IMG/VR virus record: IMGVR_UViG_3300037153_000087
Coordinates: 1 to 56,700 of that record
Direction: 5' to 3' (one strand)
DNA length: 56,700 bases
From: a virus
Lineage: Duplodnaviria; Caudoviricetes
Part shown: positions 26,552-34,554 of the stretch, piece after piece
Numbering within the stretch: position 1 is the first letter of the stretch
How the letters are laid out: every line of letters begins with the position of its first letter
Notes under the pieces: model-generated
Database searches by the model: none
Told to the model about the DNA's origin: nothing
What the model saw: only the letters and a program-made list of their open reading frames with translations
Translations under genes and position numbers: made by a program

Positions 26552-28591
26552 GTGAGACTGCGTGACCTGCCGGACGGCTACCCGATCGAGGTGGACACCG
26601 AGACCTCAAATCTATACGTCGACGCTGGTGGCCGAATCGCGGCGGTCAGCTTCGCGTTCCGGGTGCCAGACGCCCAAGGCGAATCCGACCCAAGCCAGCC
26701 GCTGGTCTGGAAGGCGGTATCGTTCGACCAGGGCGTCGACCACCTCCCGCTCGGGGACAAGACCCTCAACGACCGGACGATCAAGCGTCTATCGAAGTGG
26801 CCCGACTGGGCACTGGACGAGGACGCCAGGAACCTCCCCCCTGAGAAGTACGTCGAGCTGACCAAGGAGTTCAGCCGACTGCGGATCTGCTGGCACAACG
26901 CCAAGTTCGACCTGTCGATGTTCAGGGCTGGCCTCCGAGGCGAGGAGGCTGCAACGGCGATCGACCTGGAGGACAACACCTACTGGGACACCCAACTGGC
27001 GCAGAATGTGATCGACCCGCGTTGGGGAGTCGCCCTCAAGCCGACCGCTGTCCGGCTGCACCTGGGTGCCGAGCTGGGCGTCAAGGAGGGCATGGAGGAC
27101 GACGAGGCCGAGGCCCTTAAGCCGTGGCTCGGACCGAAGTCGGGCAAGAACGCCGACCCCCGGTACGACCTGGTCCCCTGGTCGATCATGGGTCCCTACG
27201 CCAAGATGGACGCTGCCCTGACGATCCTGCTCCGTGAACACCAGTGGGAGCTGCTGGCCGAGCAGTACGCGTTCGTCATGCACCACATCTCCCGCGAGAC
27301 GGACCTCATGAAGGTTCTGTATCGCATGGAGGGGCGTGGCGTCGGCTTCGACGTGCCGTTGGCGATTCAGATGCAAGAGCTGATCGAGGAGGAGCGCAAG
27401 CGCACAGCCGCCACCCTCCCCTTCGAACCGACCCCCAACAAGGCGCGCGTCTACTTCTTCGGCGACCCCCCGGACGGGCTGGGCCACGACAAGTACGACG
27501 ACAAGCTGACCGAGAAGAAGCGCGAGCCCCAGGTCGACGACGAGGTCATCAGTCGGCTGGCAGCGGAGGAGTGGGAAGGTCGGCGCATCGCGCAGATCTA
27601 CCAGCGACACGAAGCCCTGAAGAGCGCCAACGCGAAGTGGTACGGAGCCTGGCCGTACATGGCTGGGCCTGACGGCAGGCTGCGTACGAACCACAAGCAG
27701 AATGGCACCGTTAGTGGTCGGCTGAGCGTCGAGCGGATCCAGCTCCAGGCGATCCCCCAGCCGTACCAGATGCCCAAGGTGGACGGGCTGGTCGGCGTGC
27801 GCGACCTGTTCATCGAGACTGAGAAATGCTCGTGCGGGTGTGGCGTCCTGGAGATGTGGGAGTTCGACGTAAGCCAGGCCGAGATTCGGATCGCGACGGC
27901 ACGAGCCCAATGCAGGCCGATGCTCGAAGGCTTCTACCGAGGCGACGACTCGCACAGCATCGCCTGCCGACTGATGTTCGGCGCGGTGTTCGACAAGGAC
28001 GGGTTCGGGGGCAACGAGGAGGCACACCCGGACTGGGACGAGTTCCGCCAGGTGTCGAAACGCTGCAACCTGGGCATTCTGTACGGCGCAGGCGTCAAGA
28101 TCATCCGTGAGCAGATCATGAAGTTCACGGGGGTCGTCTACCCGATGCGCCAGGTGGGGATCTGGGTCAACCAGTGGAACGAAGCGTTCCCCCAGATGGG
28201 CGAGCGGCTGGAGCTGATGAGCCGGATGGCCCAGCGCCAGGGGTTCGTCAAGCTGATCAACGGCAGGCAGCGCTGGTTCAGTCCGTACGAGGACCTGCAC
28301 AAGGCGTTCAACCAGGAGGTGCAGGGGTCGCTGGCCGAGGTCATGAAGGAGATCATGATCGAGGTCGAGAACGAGTTCCCGAACGCGCTGCTCCTCCAGA
28401 TTCACGACTCGATCATCCTGCGGCTGAGCCGCTGCCAGCTCGCAGCCGGAGCGTCCGACCGCGTGAGCAAGATTATGGCCACGCGATTCGAGGAGGCGTT
28501 CGTTAGCAGGTGGAAGGACAGCGGCAAGCTGGTCCGGGTGCCGTTCCGCTCGGACGCCAAGAGGTTCGGTCGCAAGGAGGCAGCGGCGTGA
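26552..28591 (+). CDS. Family A DNA polymerase with 3'-5' exonuclease (candidate DpoZ)
   Basis: Exo DTET, HNAKFD, YA..D; SGRLS; motif A DVSQAEIR; motif B R..SK..NLGILYG; motif C IHDS. Confidence 0.93.
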   Translation: MRLRDLPDGYPIEVDTETSNLYVDAGGRIAAVSFAFRVPDAQGESDPSQPLVWKAVSFDQGVDHLPLGDKTLNDRTIKRLSKWPDWALDEDARNLPPEKYVELTKEFSRLRICWHNAKFDLSMFRAGLRGEEAATAIDLEDNTYWDTQLAQNVIDPRWGVALKPTAVRLHLGAELGVKEGMEDDEAEALKPWLGPKSGKNADPRYDLVPWSIMGPYAKMDAALTILLREHQWELLAEQYAFVMHHISRETDLMKVLYRMEGRGVGFDVPLAIQMQELIEEERKRTAATLPFEPTPNKARVYFFGDPPDGLGHDKYDDKLTEKKREPQVDDEVISRLAAEEWEGRRIAQIYQRHEALKSANAKWYGAWPYMAGPDGRLRTNHKQNGTVSGRLSVERIQLQAIPQPYQMPKVDGLVGVRDLFIETEKCSCGCGVLEMWEFDVSQAEIRIATARAQCRPMLEGFYRGDDSHSIACRLMFGAVFDKDGFGGNEEAHPDWDEFRQVSKRCNLGILYGAGVKIIREQIMKFTGVVYPMRQVGIWVNQWNEAFPQMGERLELMSRMAQRQGFVKLINGRQRWFSPYEDLHKAFNQEVQGSLAEVMKEIMIEVENEFPNALLLQIHDSIILRLSRCQLAAGASDRVSKIMATRFEEAFVSRWKDSGKLVRVPFRSDAKRFGRKEAAA

Positions 28592-28734
28592 AAGAGGTAA
28601 GCATCGCGGTCTGGTTCGCCATCAGCACCATGTGCGTGATCCTGACCATCATCGGGGTCGTGCACGACATGTCGGACGGCAAGGCTGACGGAATGCGATA
28701 CGTGAACGGATGTGAGACCAGTGAGAGCAGATAA
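28588..28734 (+). CDS. Small membrane protein
   Basis: AAGGAGG RBS; one TM helix. Confidence 0.55.
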   Translation: MKEVSIAVWFAISTMCVILTIIGVVHDMSDGKADGMRYVNGCETSESR

Positions 28735-28918
28735 GCACGCGCACGAGCGTAATCTGCTCATGACCAGAGCACAGTCCCGAGTGTTCGAGGTGCTGCTCGC
28801 GTACAACATGTCAGACCTCGAATTTCTCAAGGTGCTGACCGAGGTCCAGCGGATGCTGGTCGGTCGCATGGTAGCACGTGAACACAAGGAGGTCAGCGAT
28901 GGACAACCACCCGAATGA
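28712..28918 (+). CDS. Hypothetical protein
   Basis: Fills the operon; start uncertain. Confidence 0.5.
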   Translation: MRPVRADKHAHERNLLMTRAQSRVFEVLLAYNMSDLEFLKVLTEVQRMLVGRMVAREHKEVSDGQPPE

Positions 28919-29066
28919 GCCGCTCGACGTTAGGACGATGGCGATCATGGCCCACGAATACTTCACGAGCATGAAGGCCGCTGGGTTCACGATCCGACAG
29001 TCGCTCTACCTGACAGCGTGCATGCTGACTGGCGGACCGAAGGTCACGCCCGAGGAGGAGGACTAG
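28899..29066 (+). CDS. Small hypothetical protein
   Basis: AAGGAGG RBS; HE.F.S...AGFT..Q motif typical of actinophage proteins. Confidence 0.65.
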   Translation: MDNHPNEPLDVRTMAIMAHEYFTSMKAAGFTIRQSLYLTACMLTGGPKVTPEEED

Positions 29067-29209
29067 TGCGGCCAATCGAATGTCAGGCGTGCCCTGACGG
29101 GAACCGGAGCAAGTTCAACTTCACGAACAAGGGCCTGGCCAACATGGTCGGACACCTGGTCAAGAAGCACGGATTCACGTTCTTGCTCGCAGTCAAGTCG
29201 GTAGTCTAG
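29066..29209 (+). CDS. Small C2H2-like zinc-finger protein
   Basis: C..C...H....H; GGAGGA RBS. Confidence 0.55.
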   Translation: MRPIECQACPDGNRSKFNFTNKGLANMVGHLVKKHGFTFLLAVKSVV

Positions 29210-29225
29210 TTCGTGACCGAGAAGG

Positions 29226-29816
29226 GTGTCGAACCTCGTGAGTGACGAAAAGTGGGACGGGCCACCTGAACAGGACCCGTTTTGGCATGAGCTGGAGGAG
29301 CGCAACACGGGCGAGTTCTGGAAGGTCGAGCCAGGCGAGCACGAGGAGCCGACCGCACTGGAGAAGGTGCTCGACACGGTCACTATTCCAGCGGTCACGG
29401 AAAAGCGATCGCACCGCCACAGGGCGCGTGGTGCCAGGCGTGGGCGCGCGTGGGTCTCCGCGCTGGTCGTAGCGATCACTGCGGGCAGTCTCGGAGCGGT
29501 GGCCTGGGGCAGTAGGCAGCCATACGCCACCTCCCCCACAGGGAACGCCCGAACCCAGGTCACTCACACGGTGACGGTCACCCCCTCACCGAGCGTGATG
29601 CCTGTTCCAGGTCCGATCGTGACCAAGTGGCGTACGCGCACTAAGCCAGGTCCGACCAAGACCGTGACCGAGACGCCCGAGCCGCAGGTCAGCGTGTCGA
29701 CCCAGCGGATAACCGAGGAGCCCGAGATCGTGGTCAGCGTCAAACCGGGTCCGACCGTGACGGTCACAGTGACGGAGGAGGCAGACGATGGTTTCCCTTT
29801 CCCAGACGGAGAGTGA
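29226..29816 (+). CDS. Membrane protein with Thr/Pro/Val-rich extracellular tail
   Basis: Single TM helix; repeated PGPT.TVT. Confidence 0.7.
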   Translation: MSNLVSDEKWDGPPEQDPFWHELEERNTGEFWKVEPGEHEEPTALEKVLDTVTIPAVTEKRSHRHRARGARRGRAWVSALVVAITAGSLGAVAWGSRQPYATSPTGNARTQVTHTVTVTPSPSVMPVPGPIVTKWRTRTKPGPTKTVTETPEPQVSVSTQRITEEPEIVVSVKPGPTVTVTVTEEADDGFPFPDGE

Positions 29817-30381
29817 GGGATCGACGTCCCCCATCCTCAATTTCCTCTCCATCGACCCAGGGGACATACACCAGGGCACCGCGTACTTCGAGATCGATAT
29901 CGCGTACAACGCCGAGACCCGGACGGGCGACCCCTCGCTCATCTGCCACTGGACTCGCGACCTCACCAGAGCCAAGCTCCTCACCCTCGTGGAGGAGGCC
30001 AACATCGACGCCCTCGTCGTCGAAAAGTACGTGCTGTACCCGTGGATGGCGAGGGAGCAGGGTTACTCCGACTTCCCAACCGTCAAGGTAATCGGGGTGC
30101 TGGAGTACATCGCCGAGGTGCGCGGAATCCCGATCTTCATCCAGGGTGCCGACATCAAGAAGAAGTCGAGGCGCATCGGGGAGAGGTCGGGGTTCCCTGG
30201 CGCTATCCGGATGATCGGCACCGGTCAGGGTCGATATCGAGGCTGGGACTATCACGGTCCCAGTCAGCACGAGCGGGATGCGACCGCTCACGGCGTGTGG
30301 TGGGCCTTCCGTCACCCGGCAAGCGTAATTCGAAACAAGGACCTGCACAAGCAGTGCAAGTTGGTTAGGAGGATGGGTTAA
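29788..30381 (+). CDS. RuvC-like Holliday junction resolvase
   Basis: LSIDPG...G.A; VVE; H.RDA.AH. Confidence 0.75.
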   Translation: MVSLSQTESEGSTSPILNFLSIDPGDIHQGTAYFEIDIAYNAETRTGDPSLICHWTRDLTRAKLLTLVEEANIDALVVEKYVLYPWMAREQGYSDFPTVKVIGVLEYIAEVRGIPIFIQGADIKKKSRRIGERSGFPGAIRMIGTGQGRYRGWDYHGPSQHERDATAHGVWWAFRHPASVIRNKDLHKQCKLVRRMG

Positions 30382-30629
30382 TGGAAGTTGGAGCCAAGGA
30401 CACGTTGGGTCGAGTGCTGAGGATCATCCGGAACCGTAAGGTCCTGGTCAGGAGCCAGCAGACTCACAGCATCGCGGTGTGCGAAACCGAAGGGTGCGGC
30501 TGGTCGCTGGAGGGCAAGAACGCGATGGGCGTCGGCAGCCAGCACGCAGCGTCGAAGTGCCACAAGGTGAACGTGCGGCGCGAGGTGCAGACTGAGTACG
30601 ACGGCGAGACGCCCAACGTCCGGGCTTGA
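30381..30629 (+). CDS. Hypothetical Cys/His protein
   Basis: C....CGW...H....H.V. Confidence 0.6.
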   Translation: MEVGAKDTLGRVLRIIRNRKVLVRSQQTHSIAVCETEGCGWSLEGKNAMGVGSQHAASKCHKVNVRREVQTEYDGETPNVRA

Positions 30630-30655
30630 CAGCCTGGCAGATCCTATGATAAGCT
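30626..30655 (+). promoter_or_regulatory. Class-2 promoter for the purZ operon
   Basis: TTGACAGCCTGGCAGATCCTATGA-TAAGCT. Confidence 0.75.
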
Positions 30656-30685
30656 ACGAGGACTCTACGACAGGAGGCACTCACA

Positions 30686-31828
30686 ATGGGTGGTAAGATC
30701 AGCGTCGTCGTCGGCGGACAGTTCGGGTCGGAGGCCAAGGGCGCGGTTGCCGGGTTCCTCTCGTCCGACCGCAACTGGTGGACCCGTCCGGCTCGACAGA
30801 CGGTCTGCGTGAGGGTCGGTGGCCCGAACGCTGGACACACGGTCTACGGGAGCTGCCCGAGCGACTGCGACGAGGGCGGAACCCCGGCTCACGAGCTGGG
30901 TCACCCCTGGCGACTCCGCCAGATCCCGGTCGCTGCCGTCACCAACCCGGAGTCCCAGCTCCTCATCGCGGCTGGCTCCGAGGTGGACATGTCGGTCCTC
31001 CGGGAGGAGTGGCGTCAGCTCAACAGCGCGGGTTACCAGCTCAGGGGTCGGCTCAACATCGACTACAGCGCGACCCTGCTGGAGGAGCGGCACATCACGC
31101 AGGAGCAGGGCGACGGGCTCAACGGTAGGATCGGCTCGACGGCCAAGGGCATCGGAGCCGCGAGGGCAGACCGAATCTGGCGCAAGGCGAGCATCATGCG
31201 CAGCCAGTACGACGTCATGAGGGCGATGGGTATCCTGCTCGTCGACTCGACCACCATGCTGACGATGCGGCTCGAAGCGCAGAACCACGTGATCATCGAG
31301 GGCACCCAGGGCTACGGGCTGGGCCTGCACACCGAGTTCTATCCGCAGGTCACGAGCGGCAACTGCCGAGCCATCGACTTCCTGGCGCAGTGCGGCATCA
31401 GCCCCTGGTCGGCGATGGTGACCGACCTCGACGTGTGGGTGGTCGCCAGGACCTACCCGATCCGGGTCGCTGGCAACAGCGGTCCGCTGGCCGACGAGAC
31501 CTCGTGGGAAGAGCTGGGTCTGGAGCCCGAACAGACCACCGTCACCAAGAAGACTCGGCGAGTCGGCGGATGGGACGGCGAGCTGGTTCGACGCGCGGTG
31601 TGGGCGAACGGCGGAGGCTGGAACGACCATGTCAAGATCGCGCTGATGATGGCCGACTACAAGATCCCTGGGCTCAAGGGGATCCGCGACAGCAACGACA
31701 TCAACAACCAGGATTACGATGCTCTCCAGAAGCTGGTACGCGAGGTCGAGGGGCAGACCGACGCCCGTGTGGGCCTGGTCGGAACTGGCCCGACGTCCAT
31801 TCTCGATCTTCGCGGCTGGAACCTCTGA
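30686..31828 (+). CDS. purZ: N6-succino-2-amino-dAMP synthetase (PurZ/PurZ0-type PurA paralog)
   Basis: GGQFGSEAKG with Ser replacing the PurA catalytic Asp; GPNAGHT; GST.KG.G; EGTQG; PIRVAGNSGPL; TTVTKK.RRV; compact archaeal-type length. Confidence 0.88.
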   Translation: MGGKISVVVGGQFGSEAKGAVAGFLSSDRNWWTRPARQTVCVRVGGPNAGHTVYGSCPSDCDEGGTPAHELGHPWRLRQIPVAAVTNPESQLLIAAGSEVDMSVLREEWRQLNSAGYQLRGRLNIDYSATLLEERHITQEQGDGLNGRIGSTAKGIGAARADRIWRKASIMRSQYDVMRAMGILLVDSTTMLTMRLEAQNHVIIEGTQGYGLGLHTEFYPQVTSGNCRAIDFLAQCGISPWSAMVTDLDVWVVARTYPIRVAGNSGPLADETSWEELGLEPEQTTVTKKTRRVGGWDGELVRRAVWANGGGWNDHVKIALMMADYKIPGLKGIRDSNDINNQDYDALQKLVREVEGQTDARVGLVGTGPTSILDLRGWNL

Positions 31829-31926
31829 TGGGCAAGCAGGTGCAGGTCAAGAAGCAAGGCAAGAAGCCCAAGCCTGCGACCGACATCGACCGGCGCAGCC
31901 CGAGCGGCAAGGAGCACAAGAACTGA
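31828..31926 (+). CDS. 32-aa Lys-rich peptide
   Basis: TGATG-coupled on both sides. Confidence 0.5.
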   Translation: MGKQVQVKKQGKKPKPATDIDRRSPSGKEHKN

Positions 31927-32312
31927 TGAACAAGCTCAAGCGCGAGCAGCTCGCTACGGAGCTGGCCACCTGGTGGCAGCTCAAGGCGAGCGACGAGACC
32001 GACATGGTGGTCGGCAAGGCAGTCGAGTACGGAGGCGAGGGAGCGGCCATCGACCTGCTGGACATCGGCTACGCGATGGCACTCGCGATCGGTCGGGAGG
32101 TCGACGACGAGGAGGCCACCGAGCTGGGGATCTACTTCTACATGGTCGGCAAGATGGCCAGGTGGAAGGCCGCAGTGACCGAGGGCAGGCGCGTCAGCGA
32201 CGACACGATCCTCGACATCGGCATCTACTGCCGGATGGCCCAGCGTAACCGCGAAGTCGGTGGCTGGCCGTTCGGTCCGAAGCCCCCGACGACGGAGATC
32301 GTCAAGCCGTAA
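31926..32312 (+). CDS. All-alpha (MazG/DUF1599-like) nucleotide pyrophosphohydrolase
   Basis: K..EYG, E.G..F...K..R and DDT..D...Y pattern; in the purZ operon. Confidence 0.6.
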   Translation: MNKLKREQLATELATWWQLKASDETDMVVGKAVEYGGEGAAIDLLDIGYAMALAIGREVDDEEATELGIYFYMVGKMARWKAAVTEGRRVSDDTILDIGIYCRMAQRNREVGGWPFGPKPPTTEIVKP

Positions 32313-32366
32313 TCGGGTCGGGGGTCGAAAGGCCCCCACCCCTTTCATATCTAAGGAGAAACCCCC

Positions 32367-33260
32367 ATGATCGTGTACTTCGCTGAGCCGATCGACCAGG
32401 ACCAGGCCAATTACGTCGAGATCGAGTTCCGGACCACCATGCAGAACCACCTCCTGCGGACCGGTGCCAGCGTCTACCGTCCGGCAACCGCCTGGAACCT
32501 GGCGAGCATCGACCGTCACACGAGCGCGGTGGCCGAGAAGGTCAACCGAACCGCGCTGGCCGAGGCCGACCTCCTGGTCGCGCGCCTGCCCGAGGGGACC
32601 GCCAGCGTCGGCGTTCCGATGGAGATCGAGTACGCGACCCGCGTGCTGGGGATTCCCGCGATCGTGGTCGGCGTGGGAGGCGTGGCGCTCCAGGCCAACC
32701 CGATGGTCTGGCTGGTCGACGGGCGCAACATCGGCAAGTTCGACCGGATGTACGAGATGGTCGCACGCGAGAAGGCCAACGACGTCAAGCCGCTGTACCA
32801 CGTGGGCAGCCTCAACCCGAGGTCCTACCCTGGCGACGCGGGCATCGATCTGGTGGCCAACGCCGACACGGTCATCCCGGCTCACGGGACGGCGAGGGTC
32901 CCGACCGGTAACCACTTCCAGTTCCCTCAGGGAGTGTGGGGCTGGATCGTCGCGAGGTCGAGCACGTTCGAGACCTACGGCGTGCAGATCCTGCCGGGCA
33001 TCATCGACGAGGGTTACACGGGCGAGCTGTTCGCGAACGCGCTGAACGAGTCGGACCAGCCGAGGCTGATCAAGGCGGGTAGCCGACTCTGCCAGATCAT
33101 CCTGTTCGAGAACAAGACGGCGCAGTACGCGCCGATCCAGGTCGACAAGATCGAGGAGCGCGACCGAGGCAGCAACGGGTTCGGGTCGACCGGTGCCAAC
33201 GGTCATTTCCTGAGCAACGGTCCCGACTCGATCAAGGTCATGACTGGGGAAATCTCCTAA
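32367..33260 (+). CDS. Fusion of nucleoside 2-deoxyribosyltransferase/dNMP-glycosidase-like domain and trimeric dUTPase-like domain
   Basis: N-terminal VYFA.P...ADLLVA...SVG..MEI.YA; C-terminal DAGIDL, RSS, GIIDEGYTGE, R.CQ and RG.NGFGSTG. Confidence 0.85.
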   Translation: MIVYFAEPIDQDQANYVEIEFRTTMQNHLLRTGASVYRPATAWNLASIDRHTSAVAEKVNRTALAEADLLVARLPEGTASVGVPMEIEYATRVLGIPAIVVGVGGVALQANPMVWLVDGRNIGKFDRMYEMVAREKANDVKPLYHVGSLNPRSYPGDAGIDLVANADTVIPAHGTARVPTGNHFQFPQGVWGWIVARSSTFETYGVQILPGIIDEGYTGELFANALNESDQPRLIKAGSRLCQIILFENKTAQYAPIQVDKIEERDRGSNGFGSTGANGHFLSNGPDSIKVMTGEIS

Positions 33261-33362
33261 CGAGCGCGCAACGCCACCGCCCCCAGGGAAGACAATACTA
33301 CCCCCCAGGTTAGTAGTCGGGGTATACTGGGTGCGGTAGCTACCAGCGCACAAGGAGTTAGC

Positions 33363-33659
33363 ATGGCTCATGCAGTCGTGGCCTACCGGGACGGCAAGTC
33401 CCCGCTGGCCAAGTTCGTCACGCTGGACAAGGACGAGGCCGACAGGGTCTGCGAGGAGGGCAACCAGGGCGGTTCGACCTACTACAAGGTCGAGGACTAC
33501 AACCCGGACGTTCACACCGGGCAGCCGAAGATGACCCCCGAGGCCGAAGCGGAGATCGGACCGATGGCGATCGCCGCTGGTCAGCTCAACCGCATCAAGC
33601 AGGGGTACACGCACCCTGGTGCCGAGGTCGGCGACCCGCCGAAGGACGACGACAAGTAA
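33363..33659 (+). CDS. Hypothetical protein
   Basis: AAGGAG RBS. Confidence 0.7.
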   Translation: MAHAVVAYRDGKSPLAKFVTLDKDEADRVCEEGNQGGSTYYKVEDYNPDVHTGQPKMTPEAEAEIGPMAIAAGQLNRIKQGYTHPGAEVGDPPKDDDK

Positions 33660-33726
33660 ACCCCCGAACTGGAACCCCTGGCCTCTCCCCCGTGGGGCTG
33701 GGGGTTCCTCTGTGAGAGGAGTGGGC

Positions 33727-34257
33727 ATGGCAAGGACCGAACGACCTCGCAGGGACGAGCGCGCAGAGGAGCAAGCTCGACGCGAGCAGGAGCGGTTGGA
33801 CCGCGAACAGCGTCAAGCGGCGAGGCAGGCCGAGCGAGAAGAGAAGTTGCGTCAACGTCAGGCCAGGCAGCGGGAGCGTGCGTTGCGACCCGAGCGCGTT
33901 CGTAACGGCGACCGACCTGCCGAGCCTCGCAACGGCCAGATTATTCACGTGGTCGACGAGCGCAAATACCTGAGGTTCAACGATCAGCTCGACGAGCCCG
34001 GTTGGGAAGAGGTCGAGCGACACAGGCCCTGCGACAACTGGATCCGCAAGGGCGATCCGGTTGAGTTGAACGTTCACGAGTGCGTCAACGATCAGACACC
34101 GGTCGTGGTGTTCCAGTGCGAGCGCTGCCAGACCAAATACCGGGTGGCGCGCAACGAGGCCGACGCGTTCGCGTTCCGGTACAGAGACTGTCCGACCTGC
34201 GGAACCCCGTGGACCGAGGACATGCCGCGCGACGCGATCGCGAAGGATTTCAGGTGA
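33727..34257 (+). CDS. Hypothetical protein, charged N-terminus plus zinc ribbon
   Basis: R/E-rich helix; CERC...CPTC. Confidence 0.7.
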   Translation: MARTERPRRDERAEEQARREQERLDREQRQAARQAEREEKLRQRQARQRERALRPERVRNGDRPAEPRNGQIIHVVDERKYLRFNDQLDEPGWEEVERHRPCDNWIRKGDPVELNVHECVNDQTPVVVFQCERCQTKYRVARNEADAFAFRYRDCPTCGTPWTEDMPRDAIAKDFR

Positions 34258-34297
34258 TGGTCGGGGGGTTCCTCGTCAGGAACCCCCCTGAGTCGGG

Positions 34298-34417
34298 TTA
34301 GCGCTTCCGGCGACGCGAATTCGAGATCCGCGCTGCCTTGGACTTGGAGTAGCCCTTGCGCCTCAGGGCCTCATAGACCCGAGGACGCTTGATGGACCGA
34401 TACTTCTTGCCAGGCAA
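34298..34417 (-). CDS. 39-aa highly basic peptide (not in the ORF track)
   Basis: GGAGGTGA RBS then TTG; MPGKKYRSIKRPRVYEALRRKGYSKSKAARISNSRRRKR. Confidence 0.7.
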   Translation of the reverse strand: MPGKKYRSIKRPRVYEALRRKGYSKSKAARISNSRRRKR

Positions 34418-34492
34418 GGCGATCACCTCCTCCCGACCTGTCCCCCAGTCTACCCTGCCCAGGCCAGCGGAAACAGCGGCTTATTACGGTAC

Positions 34493-34554
34493 TTGACAAG
34501 GGGGCACGTGCCATGATTGAATAGTGGTACAAGGTTAAACAAAAGGAGCTCGAA
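34493..34554 (+). promoter_or_regulatory. Class-1-like promoter and RBS
   Basis: TTGACA-N18-TTGAAT; AAGGAGCTCGAA-ATG. Confidence 0.65.

Noticed and set aside
30686-31828. Ordinary PurA/PurB auxiliary genes for AMP synthesis
   Set aside because: The catalytic Asp is replaced by Ser, and the context is pyrophosphatase/dUTPase/PolA. PurZ fits better, though untested.
26789-33728. Long antisense ORFs (e.g. 26789-28405, 31701-33728; also 14027-15184, 38121-39677, 50995-52512)
   Set aside because: Shadow frames produced by high GC3 codon bias opposite well-supported genes; no RBS or motifs.
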